Part shown: positions 43,101 to 56,491 of the stretch, in pieces
Layout of the letters: each line of letters starts with the position of its first letter
Position numbering within the stretch: the first letter of the stretch is position 1
NCBI GenBank assembly: GCA_036172245.1
Contig: JAYWIR010000071.1
Span: 186,001-250,000 of the forward strand
DNA: 64,000 nt
Direction of reading: 5' to 3'
From: Raillietiella orientalis
Taxonomy: Eukaryota
Made by a program: the position numbers and the translations under genes
The notes under the pieces: generated by a model
What the model saw: only the letters and a program-made list of their open reading frames with translations
The model's database searches: none
Told to the model about the DNA's origin: nothing

Positions 43101-44611
43101 TGCGAGGACCGCTCGCCACACATCCTTCCTTCTCCGCCCCTCAGCTGTGACCATGAGCGGAACACCGAGGCGGGCAGCAGTCCTCCGCCCGCCGATCCCA
43201 CGAACGCCCCTCCCGACCTCTTCCCCCGTGACACGTGACCTTGTGAACTTCAGAACGCGGACGTCCCGCTGAGGGCCGCGGCCGCCGCCAAAAGCAAATT
43301 GGAGACGCGGCCGGAGGAGCTGGCGGTGTCGCACATCTTCATCCTACTGCAGATCCTTACGGCCATCTTCGGCTCCTTCGCCCACGGAGGCAACGACGTC
43401 AGGTAAAGCCCTGCACCTGCGCCCGTCTAGGATCCCTCGCACCCTCTGTCATGGCGCTGCCTCCTCGATCCCTCGCGTCCCACGCGGAACGACTTTCTGC
43501 CGCCTCACCCTCTCGGTCCTCCCAGCAACGCCATCGGGCCACTCATCGCAATTTGGCTGATCTACAGCGAAGGCGATGTGAACCAAGCTTCCGAGACCCC
43601 GTTCTTCCTGCTACTCTTCGGAGGCATCGGCATCTCTGCCGGCCTGTGGCTCTGGGGCCGGAAGGTCATGGAGACAGTGGGCACGGACCTAACGGAGATC
43701 ACCCCGTCCAGGTAGGGTACTCGCCCACCCGCGTGGGTGCTCACGCATGGCTGCTTCGACCTCCGCCCCTCCCCTTCCTTTCAGTGGCTTCAGCATCGAG
43801 ATCGGTGCGGCCTTCACCGTCCTCATCGCATCCAAGATCGGATTGCCCATCAGCACCACCCACTGCAAAGTCGGCTCAGTGGTCTTCGTGGGATGGGCCC
43901 GCTCCTCCAAAAAAGGAGTCAGCTGGAGCCTCTTCAAGTGAGTTTTGCTGGTCCGCGCGCGTTTCTTGGGACCCAACCTCTTCCAAAGAACCGGAAATGT
44001 GAAAGAAAGCCCAAGCATTTCTCCCCCCTGTCCCTTTTCTTCTTCCCCACCCACATCCGTAGTACTTGTGATAACCGGTTCGTCTCTCTGATCGGCCAAG
44101 AGAAGGATGCGGCAGACTCCCGCGTGCCCGCGAGTTCCGTGATCTCAGGCAGCACTGCTGCGGTGAGGGTGAGGGTCCCGGTGCTATCCTAGGAGGTGTC
44201 CTTTGGCGGCTTTCAGTCTGCGAAGCTGTTGTTGGTACCTGGCAACTCGGGATTGTCGGGTATAGCCAGCTTGGCAGCCCTACCCTGTGACCCACAGCGA
44301 TGGTTCAAGGACCATCATCCAAAGGGCAGGGCACGGTCCCGCCTCGCTTTTGGTCGCGACGTGCCCCTCTCCCGATAAATGCGATGCGACGTCGCAGCAT
44401 CCCTTTCCTCTGCCACTCTGCTCCTTCCCCTTACCTCGCGGATCAAGGTCCGGCCTTCAAGAAGCCGACTTCTTCCCGTGGAGATGAGCTCTGCTGCTGA
44501 CCGATCGTTCCTTTCTGCAGGAACATCGCCATCGCCTGGATAGTCACCGTGCCGATCGCAGCCCTTCTCAGCGCGGGTATCATGGCCGTGCTGAGGGCCG
44601 TGGCTCTGTAG
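31183..44611 (+). CDS. SLC20A1: SLC20/PiT type III sodium-dependent phosphate transporter
   Basis: Exons about 31183-31444, 37264-37362, 40797-40940, 40997-41179, 41232-41351, 42173-42288, 42547-42726, 43254-43402, 43526-43711, 43785-43937, 44521-44611. Signature motifs [44 protein letters not shown] and [19 protein letters not shown]. The loop exons (42173-42726) are less certain. The symbol is family-level. Confidence 0.95.
37980..38015. repeat. perfect 13-bp inverted repeat with 10-nt loop in SLC20 intron 2
   Basis: ctaggtgaggagg tccgagaccg cctcctcacctag. Confidence 0.8.
38141..38166. repeat. (GT)13 microsatellite
   Basis: Direct read of the sequence. Confidence 0.9.
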
Positions 44612-44741
44612 GAAGAAGCAGACGGACGGCGAGTAGGAAGCCGGGCAGCAGCGGGTCACATTCCCGCACCTCGCGGGGATTCTTCACCGGGACGCCGGCG
44701 GGCACGAGGGTCGGCCAGAAGACCTCTCGGTCTGCCTGCCG

Positions 44742-44747
44742 AATAAA
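44742..44747 (+). promoter_or_regulatory. polyadenylation signal of the SLC20 gene
   Basis: AATAAA about 130 nt after the TAG, in an otherwise GC-rich context. Confidence 0.6.
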
Positions 44748-46766
44748 AAGAATGGACTTTTCAGGTCACGCTCCCGCGTTGTTTCGAGTCTGGGAGAAGA
44801 ACACCTTCCCTGCGGGTGGATGCACGCACTGTGCTCGCTCACCCGCCCGAACCGAACGACGGCGAGAGTACGCGGGTCGCCGACGAGTCTTGCTTCAGAT
44901 TCCCTTCTCGGGATGGCCGCGGTTGCTTCTTGATCTCCTATGACGAGCATCGCGTGATTCTTGGAACCAATTCTTGGAACCGCTGACCAGAGATGTTCAT
45001 TCGCGCTCTTCCTAGGACTTGGTGCAAGGAGAAGGAAGCGCCTTCGTGGGAACCTGAGGGCAGCCGGACCAGGGTCTCCCGTTTGCGCTACGATAGTCGA
45101 CAGACTATGCGCGCATGCGTAGTAGCCGGGCAGGCGTCGTCCTTGCACAAGTGCACGTTTAGTCCGTGTTCCGGGTCGGTTACCAGCCGAAAAACCTTGC
45201 AGAGGGCAGGGGGGTGACCGCCGCACTAGGTCTTTTACGAAAGCAGCGGCAGCAGCACGTTAGGCTTAGTTAGGCTCATTAATTAGTGTATGCGGGGAAC
45301 GGGAACGATTCCTGCCCCATGGTTACAACAGGTGTGAAGATGCTTCCTCCCTAGCGACATTCAGCTTCCAGCTGCTTCCTGCGACCAGCTGCGATGCAAC
45401 CTGCGTGGAAATGATTCGACTTCACATCATACGAAAGAAGAAAAAAAGATCCCACCTAAAAAGTTCGGCGCCCAGTGTCATCCGTAGCTTTTAGCTTCCA
45501 CTAGGGCGCTCCCGCTAGGAGATCGAAATTTTCGTTTCCTCCTTTTTTTTTTGAACGACGAATCCACGCTCACTCTGCACTTTAAGAAGCACCATACATG
45601 GAAACATGATGCGCAATTGGTGTGCTGCGGAAAACGTGTGCACAGGAAATAATCGTTGCTTCCCAGGGTTCTATCCCTGTGTGCAGACATGACCCAAGAT
45701 AGAGCTTAAGACGGCCTCCGGGACACCTGAGACAATTCGATCCTTGTACACGAAAAGTACGACCGTCTACGTACCTTCGGGCGTTTGAGCTGAGCAAATC
45801 GGAAGGAGGCAAATAAGTGGATTCTTCTGCATGCTCTTATGTATTGAATGAATTGGATGCCCATTCAGTGTTTGGACGCTGTTACAAAGGGAGATATCGT
45901 AGGTCACTTGGTTTACTGTGAAAACCTTAGGGTCGCAAGACAAGCATCGGCCAAGACTGGAACTAACGGAAAGTGCACAACCTATTCGAATTTTATCACC
46001 AACGAAACGATTATATCTATAGAAATTTTCTCTTCCACACAAACCCTTAAAACGAAACGAGACTAACTGATGATGAGTATTATATGTGAATTATACCGCC
46101 ACATCGGTATTCACTTCTTGAGTGCAATCACACTACTTAGAAGCAGAATTTTGTGCACCGATATTGTGCAAAACCTAGTACATTTCCCTATCAGTGTCCC
46201 CTGTTTTGAGTAGCATGGAAAGTGAAGCAGAAAACCAAGTCAAAGGACAAGAACCCCATCCACTAGGTTTATGCTATTTGCATCATGTCTGCCTGCCTTC
46301 TGTGCAAAGGATATGGGGTGCACGTTTCTTCTACCTTCCGGACCTCCCGTTCATCTTCCCTTCAATGACAAAGCAAACACTCGAAAACTACGAAAACAGT
46401 TTCCTGACTCTTCAGGCACAGGTGCCAAAGACTTCCAAGTAGACAGGAATCAAATATAATATAATCCAGGATGAAAACTCATGAAAATAAACAATGCTCT
46501 AACTAAAAAAATATATTTTCCATTGTTTGATAAATAATGTGCCATTTGAGAACTACAATGCTGATAAACTGCGTATTGTAATTTTCTATTCTGATAAAAA
46601 CCAGGTCTTTGTTCTCCACACAAGAGCCAAAATATTCCACATCAGCATCCACAGCAGCAGCTGCAGCATCTAAATAAAAGAGATGAATCTGATGCCTGCT
46701 TCTGCAATGTGGAGTACTCTTGGTCTAACTTGCATTTATAGACTACCTCCTACAATATCACCAATG

Positions 46767-48810
46767 TCACTGCTCAACTGTTTTCAAGGGCTTCAGTTCT
46801 TTGATTTGCTTGATAAGATAAGCCTTTTCATCATTGAACTGCTCATCCTCTGAGCGCTCTGTATGAAACACTGTCAAAAAATCTATTAGTTTCTGTTGAT
46901 TCCTCAAAAGAATGTCCAAAATGGGTTTTGGCTTATTTGGATTAGCCACAAACACCTAGTACAAAAATGCACTCATACACATTGCATCCCACCCTTATTC
47001 ATACCTTAAAAACATGAAATGCTTCAAACTGAATGTTTTTCGATTTTTCTTTTAATATATTCATCATTAGCTTCAAATTATCGGGACTACTAATATATCT
47101 GATCATGATCTACAGGGCATCCAATAAAAGATCAAAAGTGAAGCAGAGATGCATTATAACTACATATTGGTTCATAAATGTAATAAATGTAGCAAAAGAA
47201 TTTTTGATGTATGATAATTAGAATACATGGGAACAGGAACATTACAACACAATAAGAAATCTTCAAACTTACAGACATGTTGTGTCGATCTAATAAAAGT
47301 TCACCTAGAAGCTTCAGGCTTTGGCGTCGGGTTACATAATTTTCTGAATTCAGGAGTCCCTGGTATTCATTAAAGATTCTGTCATAATTGGATACCAGAA
47401 ACTCAGCACAAAGGACTTTGTGCTTTGTAAGCAATTCCTAATGAAAGACAGTGTGTACAACCTAGACATAACGCCTTTCCCTAACTATACCTTGAACGTA
47501 GAAAAGGCATCTGAGGCAATATCAAAAGTTTGAACTTCAACATATTTAAAAAAAACATAAAATTCATTAGAATAGAGAATGATTTTGGCTAAAGGTTCAT
47601 ATCGTATACACTCTCTTAACATGCTTCCACATATCAGCGCAATGTCTTGAGATTCATAGCTGAAATTCAAATACTAATAGAAGTTCAATTTCACTTTTTT
47701 AACAATATTTGTTTGTGCTTAATATTTAGCGATATATCTATTATGTTTAATGCAAGTGCAAATTTGGCTATCGGTCTAAAGCAAGTTTTCCATTTTGAAC
47801 AAAAATTGTACAACCAAATTAGTGGTAAACATGCATAGGATCAAAACTATAAAAAATTTGCTCTCAAAACATACTTTGCATAGCATGAGCAAATGTGCAC
47901 GAAAAACAATAAAAAATTAGGAATGCGGAAAAACTTACCCTTTAAGCAATGTAAACAGGATTTCTTGATGGGCACATATATATTCCACTGTTGGTGCCCT
48001 GGTACCAATTTGCCGTCTCAACATGTTATTAAAAATTTGAGCAACATCCTTTTTGCTCTAATCAACAAAGGAAAACTGTTAAATCAATTGCGCCGGCTCT
48101 AATTAAAACAGTCAATTTCCTATGTTAAAACACGTATGCAACGAATTCTAGGCATTTTTCTTGAAAAAAAAAAAAAAAATGAACAAATAAGTACACAAAA
48201 ATATGTCTTCAAAACAACTGGAAAAACTCCTTGATTGCACAAAATAAAACTCATAGAAAATCAAAAGTATCTGTGAAGTGTAACAGAAAAAGTGTAAGTG
48301 TAACAGTTATCATCAAATTTGATGAGGATTCATGACAAGAGCATGTACACACAAGTGAACGAATAAATTTAGTGAGCAAATTACAAAAAATTTTTCATAC
48401 CTCAAATTCAACTTTGTTCAAATTATTGATCATTACTAATGGGAGATTGGAGCTATACATTTCCTGTGCAAGCTGAGCCAAAACTATATCAGCTTGAGGT
48501 TCTGTATCTGCTGTTCCATACAGCATATTTTTCATAATTAGAAGATTTTTAGTTACATCTTCTTGCGCCTATAATAATACATCAACGAAATTTTTAAAAT
48601 TCAAAAATCTGTCAAATAAATGTTGACACTCTGAAAACACATATAATGCTGCTCATTTCTGTCTTTACCAACTTTATAATTGATGGTTAAAAGTCAACTA
48701 TGGAATACCTTTTCTACTTTCTTGTCACCTTTCTCAAGAATAATAAATGCAGCTTTTAAGGTTTTAACTACATCAGCAGGACTCTTTTGTGATTTACCAA
48801 AGAGTGGCAT
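46767..48810 (-). CDS. CAB39: MO25/calcium-binding protein 39 (LKB1-STRAD scaffold), 7 coding exons
   Basis: Exons 48810-48709, 48568-48401, 48057-47939, 47659-47491, 47437-47273, 47109-47005, 46955-46767. Motifs [86 protein letters not shown] and [18 protein letters not shown]. Confidence 0.97.
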
Positions 48811-50882
48811 AGTTGAAACATCAACTTCAATATCACTTCGTAAAACTATCTTTATAATTTACTATAACTTTGAACTCGTATTTTTGAAGATGACAATTTT
48901 CCTTTTTTGATGGATAATTTCACATGTCCTTTCGGGAAACAAACAAGTCAGTTATCCTAATATATTGGTTTACACACAAATAATAAGCACAAGCACATAA
49001 AGAACATTTAAAATTAACATAGGAAAAATTAAATAAAGTGAAAATAATGTCATGGCTTTTTAAACATTGTTCTAAACTTTAGGATTCGTTGCATTTTTAT
49101 CGTACCTAGGTACTAGGAAACAATAATGAATAAATGTTTCGGTACATTGGCTTCGTTTACTTCCAAGGCTATCATCGGAGCGGTTCAACGGTGGTGAAGT
49201 TCACTAATCACCACTTAAATTATGAACGATACTTAAACTACTTAGTTGGCACAGAACTTTTCAGTTTTCAATACCGTGATAAATCAACTAGAAATTATAT
49301 TTATGGCACGTAATTATTAAACTGCATGTGCATCTTGATGGTAGATCTGTATCAATTCTTTCCAATGATGTTACTTTGCTTCGACAACTCTTACTTCAGC
49401 ACAGAATCGAAGTTTTGAGCTTTGGTAAAAAAGGTTACTTCATACCTCCGAACCATCATCAAAACTGCTTAATGCAAGCAATAAATATCAGAAAATTTTA
49501 AAAATATTTTTCACACAATCCAAGGTTAGAAATTCATTAAACCTAAAGAAAGCAGTCAGGGAAGAAAAATTGTTATCACTACGAGATTGTTGTTCAACAC
49601 ACAACCAATATTATGTAAGTGCACCATGTCCGATGAAACCAAAGTTATACTACAAGTGTAGAAAAACGAAATTAATTTAAATTACGAGAAAACATGATAC
49701 GATTTCTGCGACAGAAAAACCCACAGTGTTACTAAGTGTAAGGAAATCTTGAACCAAGTTAGCAACAAATAAAAATTAGAGTGGAGATTAAAACCTTTTC
49801 TTTACCGAATCAACATTCCGATTAACACAAGTGGAAGTCAGTATTTTTTTTTTCAGTGTGCATAATTTTTTTTTTTCGGGACTAATGAAGATTCCTCAGA
49901 CACAAAACACAAATTCACAAATTACAGTACAAAATGCTTACAAAACTCTTGCCCTTGATAATTCAAAATAAATAAACAAGAAAAAACAACAGTCTTATAA
50001 AAAAGTTTGATATGATTCATTACTTCTTATCAGACAGTCTTTTTTTAAAAAGCGATCTCATGTTCATACAATACAATATGGTATGTCGACAATTAAAATG
50101 CAATGTTTAGTGGTCACCATGAAGTCAAAAGTTCACGAAAAATGCTTACGTTGAATCTACGAAATCAAGAAAACCAGTAGATTGGAAAACTGACTTTTAG
50201 TCACAAAAATAGCTAGATCGGAACAAAACCATGCTGAGATTTCCGAGAATGTAGAACAACCGATAGATTCAAAAGAAAATTCATAATTTTAAGTGATGTA
50301 AAAGTAGTTTCTCCATTGCCATCATTTATACGAACGGATCTCCATTCCAACCTTCAAAGAGATTCCCAGCCTCTGAAAATTGTGGTTTTAATAGAAATTT
50401 GTAGCATTCTGTTTTAATATCAATAGCTATTTTAACCGTCTTGAATTCACAATCCAAAGACACTGCGGAGCTATTTTTTTTCTCGGAAATCAGTATAATT
50501 ATTCTGCAGAAAATCCAGGGATAAAAAAAAGAAAATACTTAATTTAAAAGGTAAGACTGCTGAAGTGATTTTCCTTTTCATATACATGTACATAGATACA
50601 TATTTAGTAAAAACTATGCTTCTTTCTCTCCTGCTTTAATAACTAAGCATAAAACCTAGATGGGAATTCTAATTAAGCAATGTAATGTGAAAGGGGATGA
50701 TTACCGTACATAGTGAAACAAAACTAGTTTTCTTCCTAATTCTGGAATGCCATTTGAAAAATTTCTAGCAATTTGATGTGCTTGAGAAAAAATCGAAAGA
50801 CATAATATATTATCTAAGTCATTCATTACATTCATTTTGTAGCAATACAGTTTTGTCTCTTAACGAAATATTTGCCACAGTC

Positions 50883-50924
50883 TATTAGAATCACTGTTTT
50901 TAATATTAGAATCACCGTTTTTAA
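50883..50924. repeat. 21-bp tandem duplication (2 copies, 1 mismatch)
   Basis: tattagaatcactgtttttaa / tattagaatcaccgtttttaa. Confidence 0.85.
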
Positions 50925-52653
50925 CCTACTAATACCAGGTCTGTGAAATTATATTATTACTTGCCATATATTCTTTGGAAATAAAGTGCTTAGGGAAATA
51001 CTGATTGAAAGTGAAATAAAATGAAATAACACCCTTGAAAAGTCATAAATCGAAAAGAAAGTAATGTTTAATGAATCTCTAATTGAAGTTTACATATTTA
51101 TTATTTCCCGTTATTAAAAATGGATGCTTCCACACATGTTTTTTCAACTCATATGGAGGAAACAGATTTTTTTTGGAGTAGATAAGATACGCAAAATGGC
51201 AATTAAAACCAATTAGGATTATGAAATAAGAAATTAAATTGCATATTTTTTACGCAGCCACGATTTTCACGATTTTATTAATACAGATGACTGCTTTACA
51301 GAAATACTGTTGCAATATTTTTTTATGCCTTTACATTTAGTAGGTGTATGATTTTGTGATACATGAGAATATGAGTTAGTATCGTGTTAAGATGTAAGAT
51401 TCTCTTAAATTAGGAACGAATGTCGTGCATCAATAGTGCGAAAGTTTGAAAATCCGCTGTATTCACTGCGGGAATCTTTGAATTGATGTTCACTACTTAA
51501 AGAAATAAGACTATTCTAGTGAAACAATATTATCACGTGTTTTGTATTTGACTATTAAGTCAATCCTTTAAGTATATCTGCTTTCTTACAGAAGTATTCA
51601 TTCATCATAGGTTCATAGAGTTCGAAACTGAGTTTTGAAATTTCATAATTTTGAAGGGTATTGAGACTAAAAATGTAAAGTACAAGTGATTAAAGAAATC
51701 TTTGCGAAGACTAGTACCATTGGATTTTTCAAGTGTAGGATTATAAAACAATGAATCGATAAATGCAGGAAAGGAATAAGAACCAGAAGAGTATCAATAA
51801 TGCGAAGAAAAAGTCAAAAAAGTCTGAAAAGCTAATCTTCAATCTTAACTTCATAACTATGTTCATTCTTGTTGTTTTTATAGTTTGAAAATAGGCGTGG
51901 TCATATTTTAATTTATATTAATCAGTTGTTAAATTTGTGGAAAATTACAGTGCACTGTAATTTTGAAAGTATGATACATAGATTTGAAACTTTAGGAGAT
52001 TTCTTAGGCGTATACCTAAGCTCGTTGCAACGATAAGGAGAACAATGAACCACTTAAAGGTTATGTGCTACAATTGTTTACAAAAAAATGAATATAATAA
52101 ACTAATTGAACTAGGTAATTAATATAATGTAAATAGAATATCTAATACAATATCTAATGCAGTTTAACCATTGTGCGGTTTCATTTATGCTAAAAACCAT
52201 TTATATTTTATGAGATATCATGACCTAAATAATGTGCTTTTAAGAGTTCCATTAATTTTTAGTCTTGAAAATATGAAACCGACAATTATGGAGGTTGTTC
52301 ACAATTTGTTGTTTGCAATTTCGTGTTTTTGTCCTATTGACTTTGTGTTTGAGACTACCGCAAAATATGGCGGAAAACCTATGCTCTTATCGTCATTTCC
52401 TTTTTAAATCTGTAATGTAAGTTAACGTGTGTAGTTGCTACGAAACTGTAACGTTGGGAAAGTGGTGGTTGAATAATGTACATGTGACCGAGTCGCTCTG
52501 ATGAAGTCATTGCATGTTCAGAATGACATTGAAGAAATTCCTTTATCAGCCTCATATAAGGCCTTGATGCAGTTACGAACACTGAATTTTTTTTTTTTTT
52601 CTGGAAATATATAGAACCGTGATCTGTCTAATTATTCCTTTCACTAAACGATT

Positions 52654-55579
52654 ATGGATTCTGGAAAGAAGCATTCAGTTAGTTATTTGCCTAAAAAGGC
52701 GGAAGAGTTTTCAAGAAATTGGAAGGAGCTACAGAAGGTAAAAAAATCTTCACTTGTTTGATTTGTTTCGTTTGTGTTGAATCGCAGTACTATGATGGTG
52801 TAAAAGCATTAACAATTACATTTAAATTTCGTCTAATTGGTTTTCAATTTAATTTTTTTTTATGCCCGTTTCTGTTGTAACAAAAGACTTTATTGAAGTA
52901 ATTGTTCATAAAGATGATTTTGTTTTCCAATATTAAAATTTTGTTGTAATTATGAGTTTTACTTGTTTGAAGCATCAGTGTTTAAGCACATTATTTGTGT
53001 ATAGATTGATTGAAATTTGGAATTTTGTTTTCTTCTGAAAGTATAATTAACGAAATTGTTAAGGTAATGCAGAACTCATCTGTGAAAAGGCATAAGAGTT
53101 TATTGCGTTCAAAGAAACAGTTTCGTAAATCAGATACCGTTTCAAATGAAGTATGGTTTGATGTTGATCGTAACCTTATAAAGAAACCATTCAAAAAGGA
53201 GTGCGGTGGAACAAACTTGGGGTATGTAGTTCTATAATTTTTTACCTTAATTAATTTCACTGTTCATTGTTCGAAATAGTGTATAGAATTGGAAAGTGTG
53301 CATAGAAGACGATGTTTTTCTTTGCAATTGAATTTTTTCAAAGAAAAGTTTCTTTTGAAAGTATTGCTTTAAGTAGTATTGAAATAGCAGTTTTTTAATT
53401 CTTGATGCAGTTTTTGTCTTCAAAATAATTTCATGCATATTTTATATCTAAAATTGGGGATTTTAAAAAAATATGTGGGGAACCTTTCATGTTAACAATG
53501 GGACAATTCTTTCTGGCTGTTTCATGACATTTTGCCTTCAGTGATGCACAATGGTTGAAGGACTTTAGAGATGTGCCCAATTCATCCTTCTGATAATGCA
53601 GGTGGCTTTAAAATTGTTTTTCCAATTGTCGCATTTATTTTGTGATTTTTATCAATTGCCCTGTGGATTTTGGGGAGTATTCTGATTAAAAATTGGTTTC
53701 ATAACTGACTACTGATTACTGGGATAACAGTTGATTGGTTGCTTCTATGTTTGTCATGCTTTCAGGTTTTATTTTATTGGTCATTGTTTGGTATTTTTGT
53801 TAGCCACTTGTTTCTAGAACATTAAGTATAATTGCAAATGTTGACTTATATTGGTTTGCAGTTGTTTTTTTGTTTGTGAATCACTCCAATTCATTCTTGG
53901 AATGTTTCGTATCATCTAACTCATCCTGCATATTGGTTATGTCTTGTACATCAATTGAATGAGCGAGTTTGCTTTTTGAATCTAAAACAAATGGATAAGT
54001 TAGACATTAATGTTTAACTCAAGCTTCTTAGTACCAGTGTTAACTTGACTCTTCATGTATAACATTGTACTGTAGATTGTGCATTGTTTTAAATTCTTTA
54101 TTTGTTGTTGATTACATCAAACAACAAATAAAGAATGTGTTTGAAACTTAAGATGTATAGTTTGAGTAATGCTTTGTGTAGAATGCTTAGAAAATGATTG
54201 AAAGGATAATAGATGTGATTTCAGGATGAAAATCTCTAATAGTTGAACTAATTACAGTTGTTGAACTAATAATAAATTTCTTCAATTCAAGATTTTGTGT
54301 GATCTTAGCTTTCCAGTGTTATATTTAGTAAGTATCATGAAATAGCAGGGTTGTGCTGTAATTTCAACACTGTTGCAAGTTCCTTTGGCCAAATGTATTG
54401 CTGTCATGTACTTTATTTATTCATGGTACCTCACATCATGATCAAGAATCAGTGGTCTAGAATGGATTTTTTTATCATGTTATATTTCTAATTATAAATT
54501 TTGGATTATGATTGTGTGTTCTCAGTCTTATGCTTAAATGCATTTGTGATATGTCATGTGTTCATGGCATGTCATTATATGTTACTACATGATTATGTTT
54601 TGTAAAATCCAAACTGCTAGCATTGATAAAGTGGAAAAGCTTGATTGTGGATAGTTGAATTAATTTGGAATTTCCACATCATAGATGATGTGGAGTGTCC
54701 ATTATTGTTTAGGTGCATTTGACAGGCTTTCTTTTTCAATCTTGTGATTTTTTGAGTACCCCCCCCCCCATCTCCCCCCAAGTCATGTGCATCTGTCATT
54801 AATTTTGAATTTTGAAATTGGTTGATGGGGAAGTTGTTTTGTTTGAAATTGAAAACAGCAATCTGTGATTTTCAGTGTAAGGAATATATTTGCAATTGAC
54901 TGTGAGATGGTAGGCATTGGAGAACATGGCCAAGAAAGTATGCTTGGAAGAGTATCAATTGTTGATTATTCAGGAGATTGTGTCTATGATAAATTCATCA
55001 AACCACAAGAAAAAGTCACTGACTATCGCACTGCTGTTAGTGGTATCAGACCTGAAAACTTATCTGCAGGTAATCAGTTTTTTTGTACTTGCACTAACTG
55101 TGTTGCAGGTGAACCTTTCAGCATAGTTCAAAAGGAAGTATCTAGTATCATTAGGAATTGTATCCTTGTGGGTCATTCTCTTCATCATGATTTAAAAATG
55201 CTGTATCTGTTTCACCCTAAGCATTTAATCAGGGATACTGCATTGTGTGTAATAACTTTGCTATGAACTATTTGTTAATTTGTGTCAGGTACAAACCTTT
55301 CCAACGTTTATCTGGAGGAAGAATGCCATCTCTGAAAAAGCTGGCTGCTCAATTGTTAGGTGTGAATATCCAACAAAGAGAACACTCATCAGTAAGTTGC
55401 GTGCTTCGTTAGTTTTTCCTTGATCTTGAAATTAGATTGAAGATGCCAGAGTAGCACTTCGCCTGTACACGTTGTACCAAAAAGAATGGGAACAAGAACT
55501 TGCGTGTAACGTTTCAAGGAAATGCTTGAAAAAACGAAAGAAACTAAGTTTTGTTGAAGCTACAAAAGATATTGTGTGA
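52654..55579 (+). CDS. REXO4: RNA exonuclease 4 (DEDDh 3'-5' exonuclease)
   Basis: Exons 52654-52737, about 53064/53073-53221, 54876-55069, 55109-55244, 55289-55391, 55436-55579. Motifs PKKAEEFSRNWKELQK, VWFDVD, AIDCEMVG, VTDYRTAVSGIRP, ILVGHSLHHDL, IRDTA, PSLKKLAAQLLG and EHSSIEDA. Confidence 0.93.
54093..54136. repeat. near-perfect 20-bp inverted repeat (hairpin) in REXO4 intron 2
   Basis: attctttatttgttgttgat tac atcaaacaacaaataaagaat, with one extra A in the right arm. Confidence 0.85.
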
Positions 55580-55656
55580 TGGGAGCTAATTGGCAAAACA
55601 CCATCCATTTTTAACATATTGTTTATTCAATTACTTATGATATATTATTAGATACC

Positions 55657-56491
55657 ATGAACAGCAGAGTGTGCTATAAGTGTAATCGATCTGGTCACAT
55701 AGGCCGAGATTGCATGTCTAGTCCTCGATCAACTGGTGGACGGGGTGGGTATCGCAGTACTCGAGGTGGGAACATTGGTAGTTCTAGGGGTAAGAGCAAC
55801 AAATGATAAGGAAGTAACTATAGTTCATCTCAGAGAAGTGCTACAAATGTAATCGTGTTGGCCACTTTGCAAGAGACTGTAAAGAGGAGCAAGACCATTG
55901 CTACAGATGTGATGGCGTAGGTCATATTGCACGGGATTGTCAACTGTCTCCTGATGATCGTAAGTTGACACAGCACACCTTGTGCCCATGAGGGAATGGT
56001 GCGCACAGCACTTTGCTACAACTGTAACAAAATAGGCCATATAGCCAAGGATTGCGGGCAGCCAGAAAAAAAATGCTACTATTGTGGGAAACAAGGGCAT
56101 ATCAGTCGAGATTGTGATCAAGATGATCGCAAAGTGATGGTAAATATCCATTATGGTGGTGCACAGTGTTGTGTTTTCCAGTGTTACGTATGTGGAAAAT
56201 ATGGGCACATCAGTCGGGACTGTCCAGAAGGTGAATCTGATGAAAGAAAGTGCTACAAGTGTGGATCACCTGGTCATATAAGTAGGGACTGTCCTGAAGG
56301 TGGCCCTTTGGAAGATGACTCCAATTGCTATAGGTTGATACATGTGTGTGGGAGACAGTAATAGCATTCATTTTAGGTGTGGAAAAAGAGGTCACATGGC
56401 ACGAAATTGCCCAGACAATAATAACAATAGGTGCTATCGCTGTGGAGGCACTGGGCATATAGCTCGTGAGTGTGTAGATGTGGCTGCATAG
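55657..56491 (+). CDS. CNBP: cellular nucleic acid-binding protein (CCHC zinc-knuckle and RGG protein) with nine knuckles
   Basis: Exons 55657-55789, 55834-55959, 56009-56139, 56182-56333, 56377-56491. Knuckle 1 is followed by an RGG-rich linker ([13 protein letters not shown]) and then eight more CX2CX3GHX4C motifs. Confidence 0.93.

Noticed and set aside
39698..43334. Long R/G/P-rich ORFs (380-397 aa) overlapping SLC20
   Set aside because: Low-complexity shadow frames of GC-rich introns and exons of the transporter.
55436..55789. REXO4-CNBP stop-codon read-through fusion
   Set aside because: The frames differ (80-nt offset between the stop and ATG codon starts) and a TAA lies in the CNBP frame at 55612.
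55657..56491. CCHC knuckles as a retroelement gag
   Set aside because: Spliced gene with an RGG linker, and no protease, RT, integrase or LTRs nearby.
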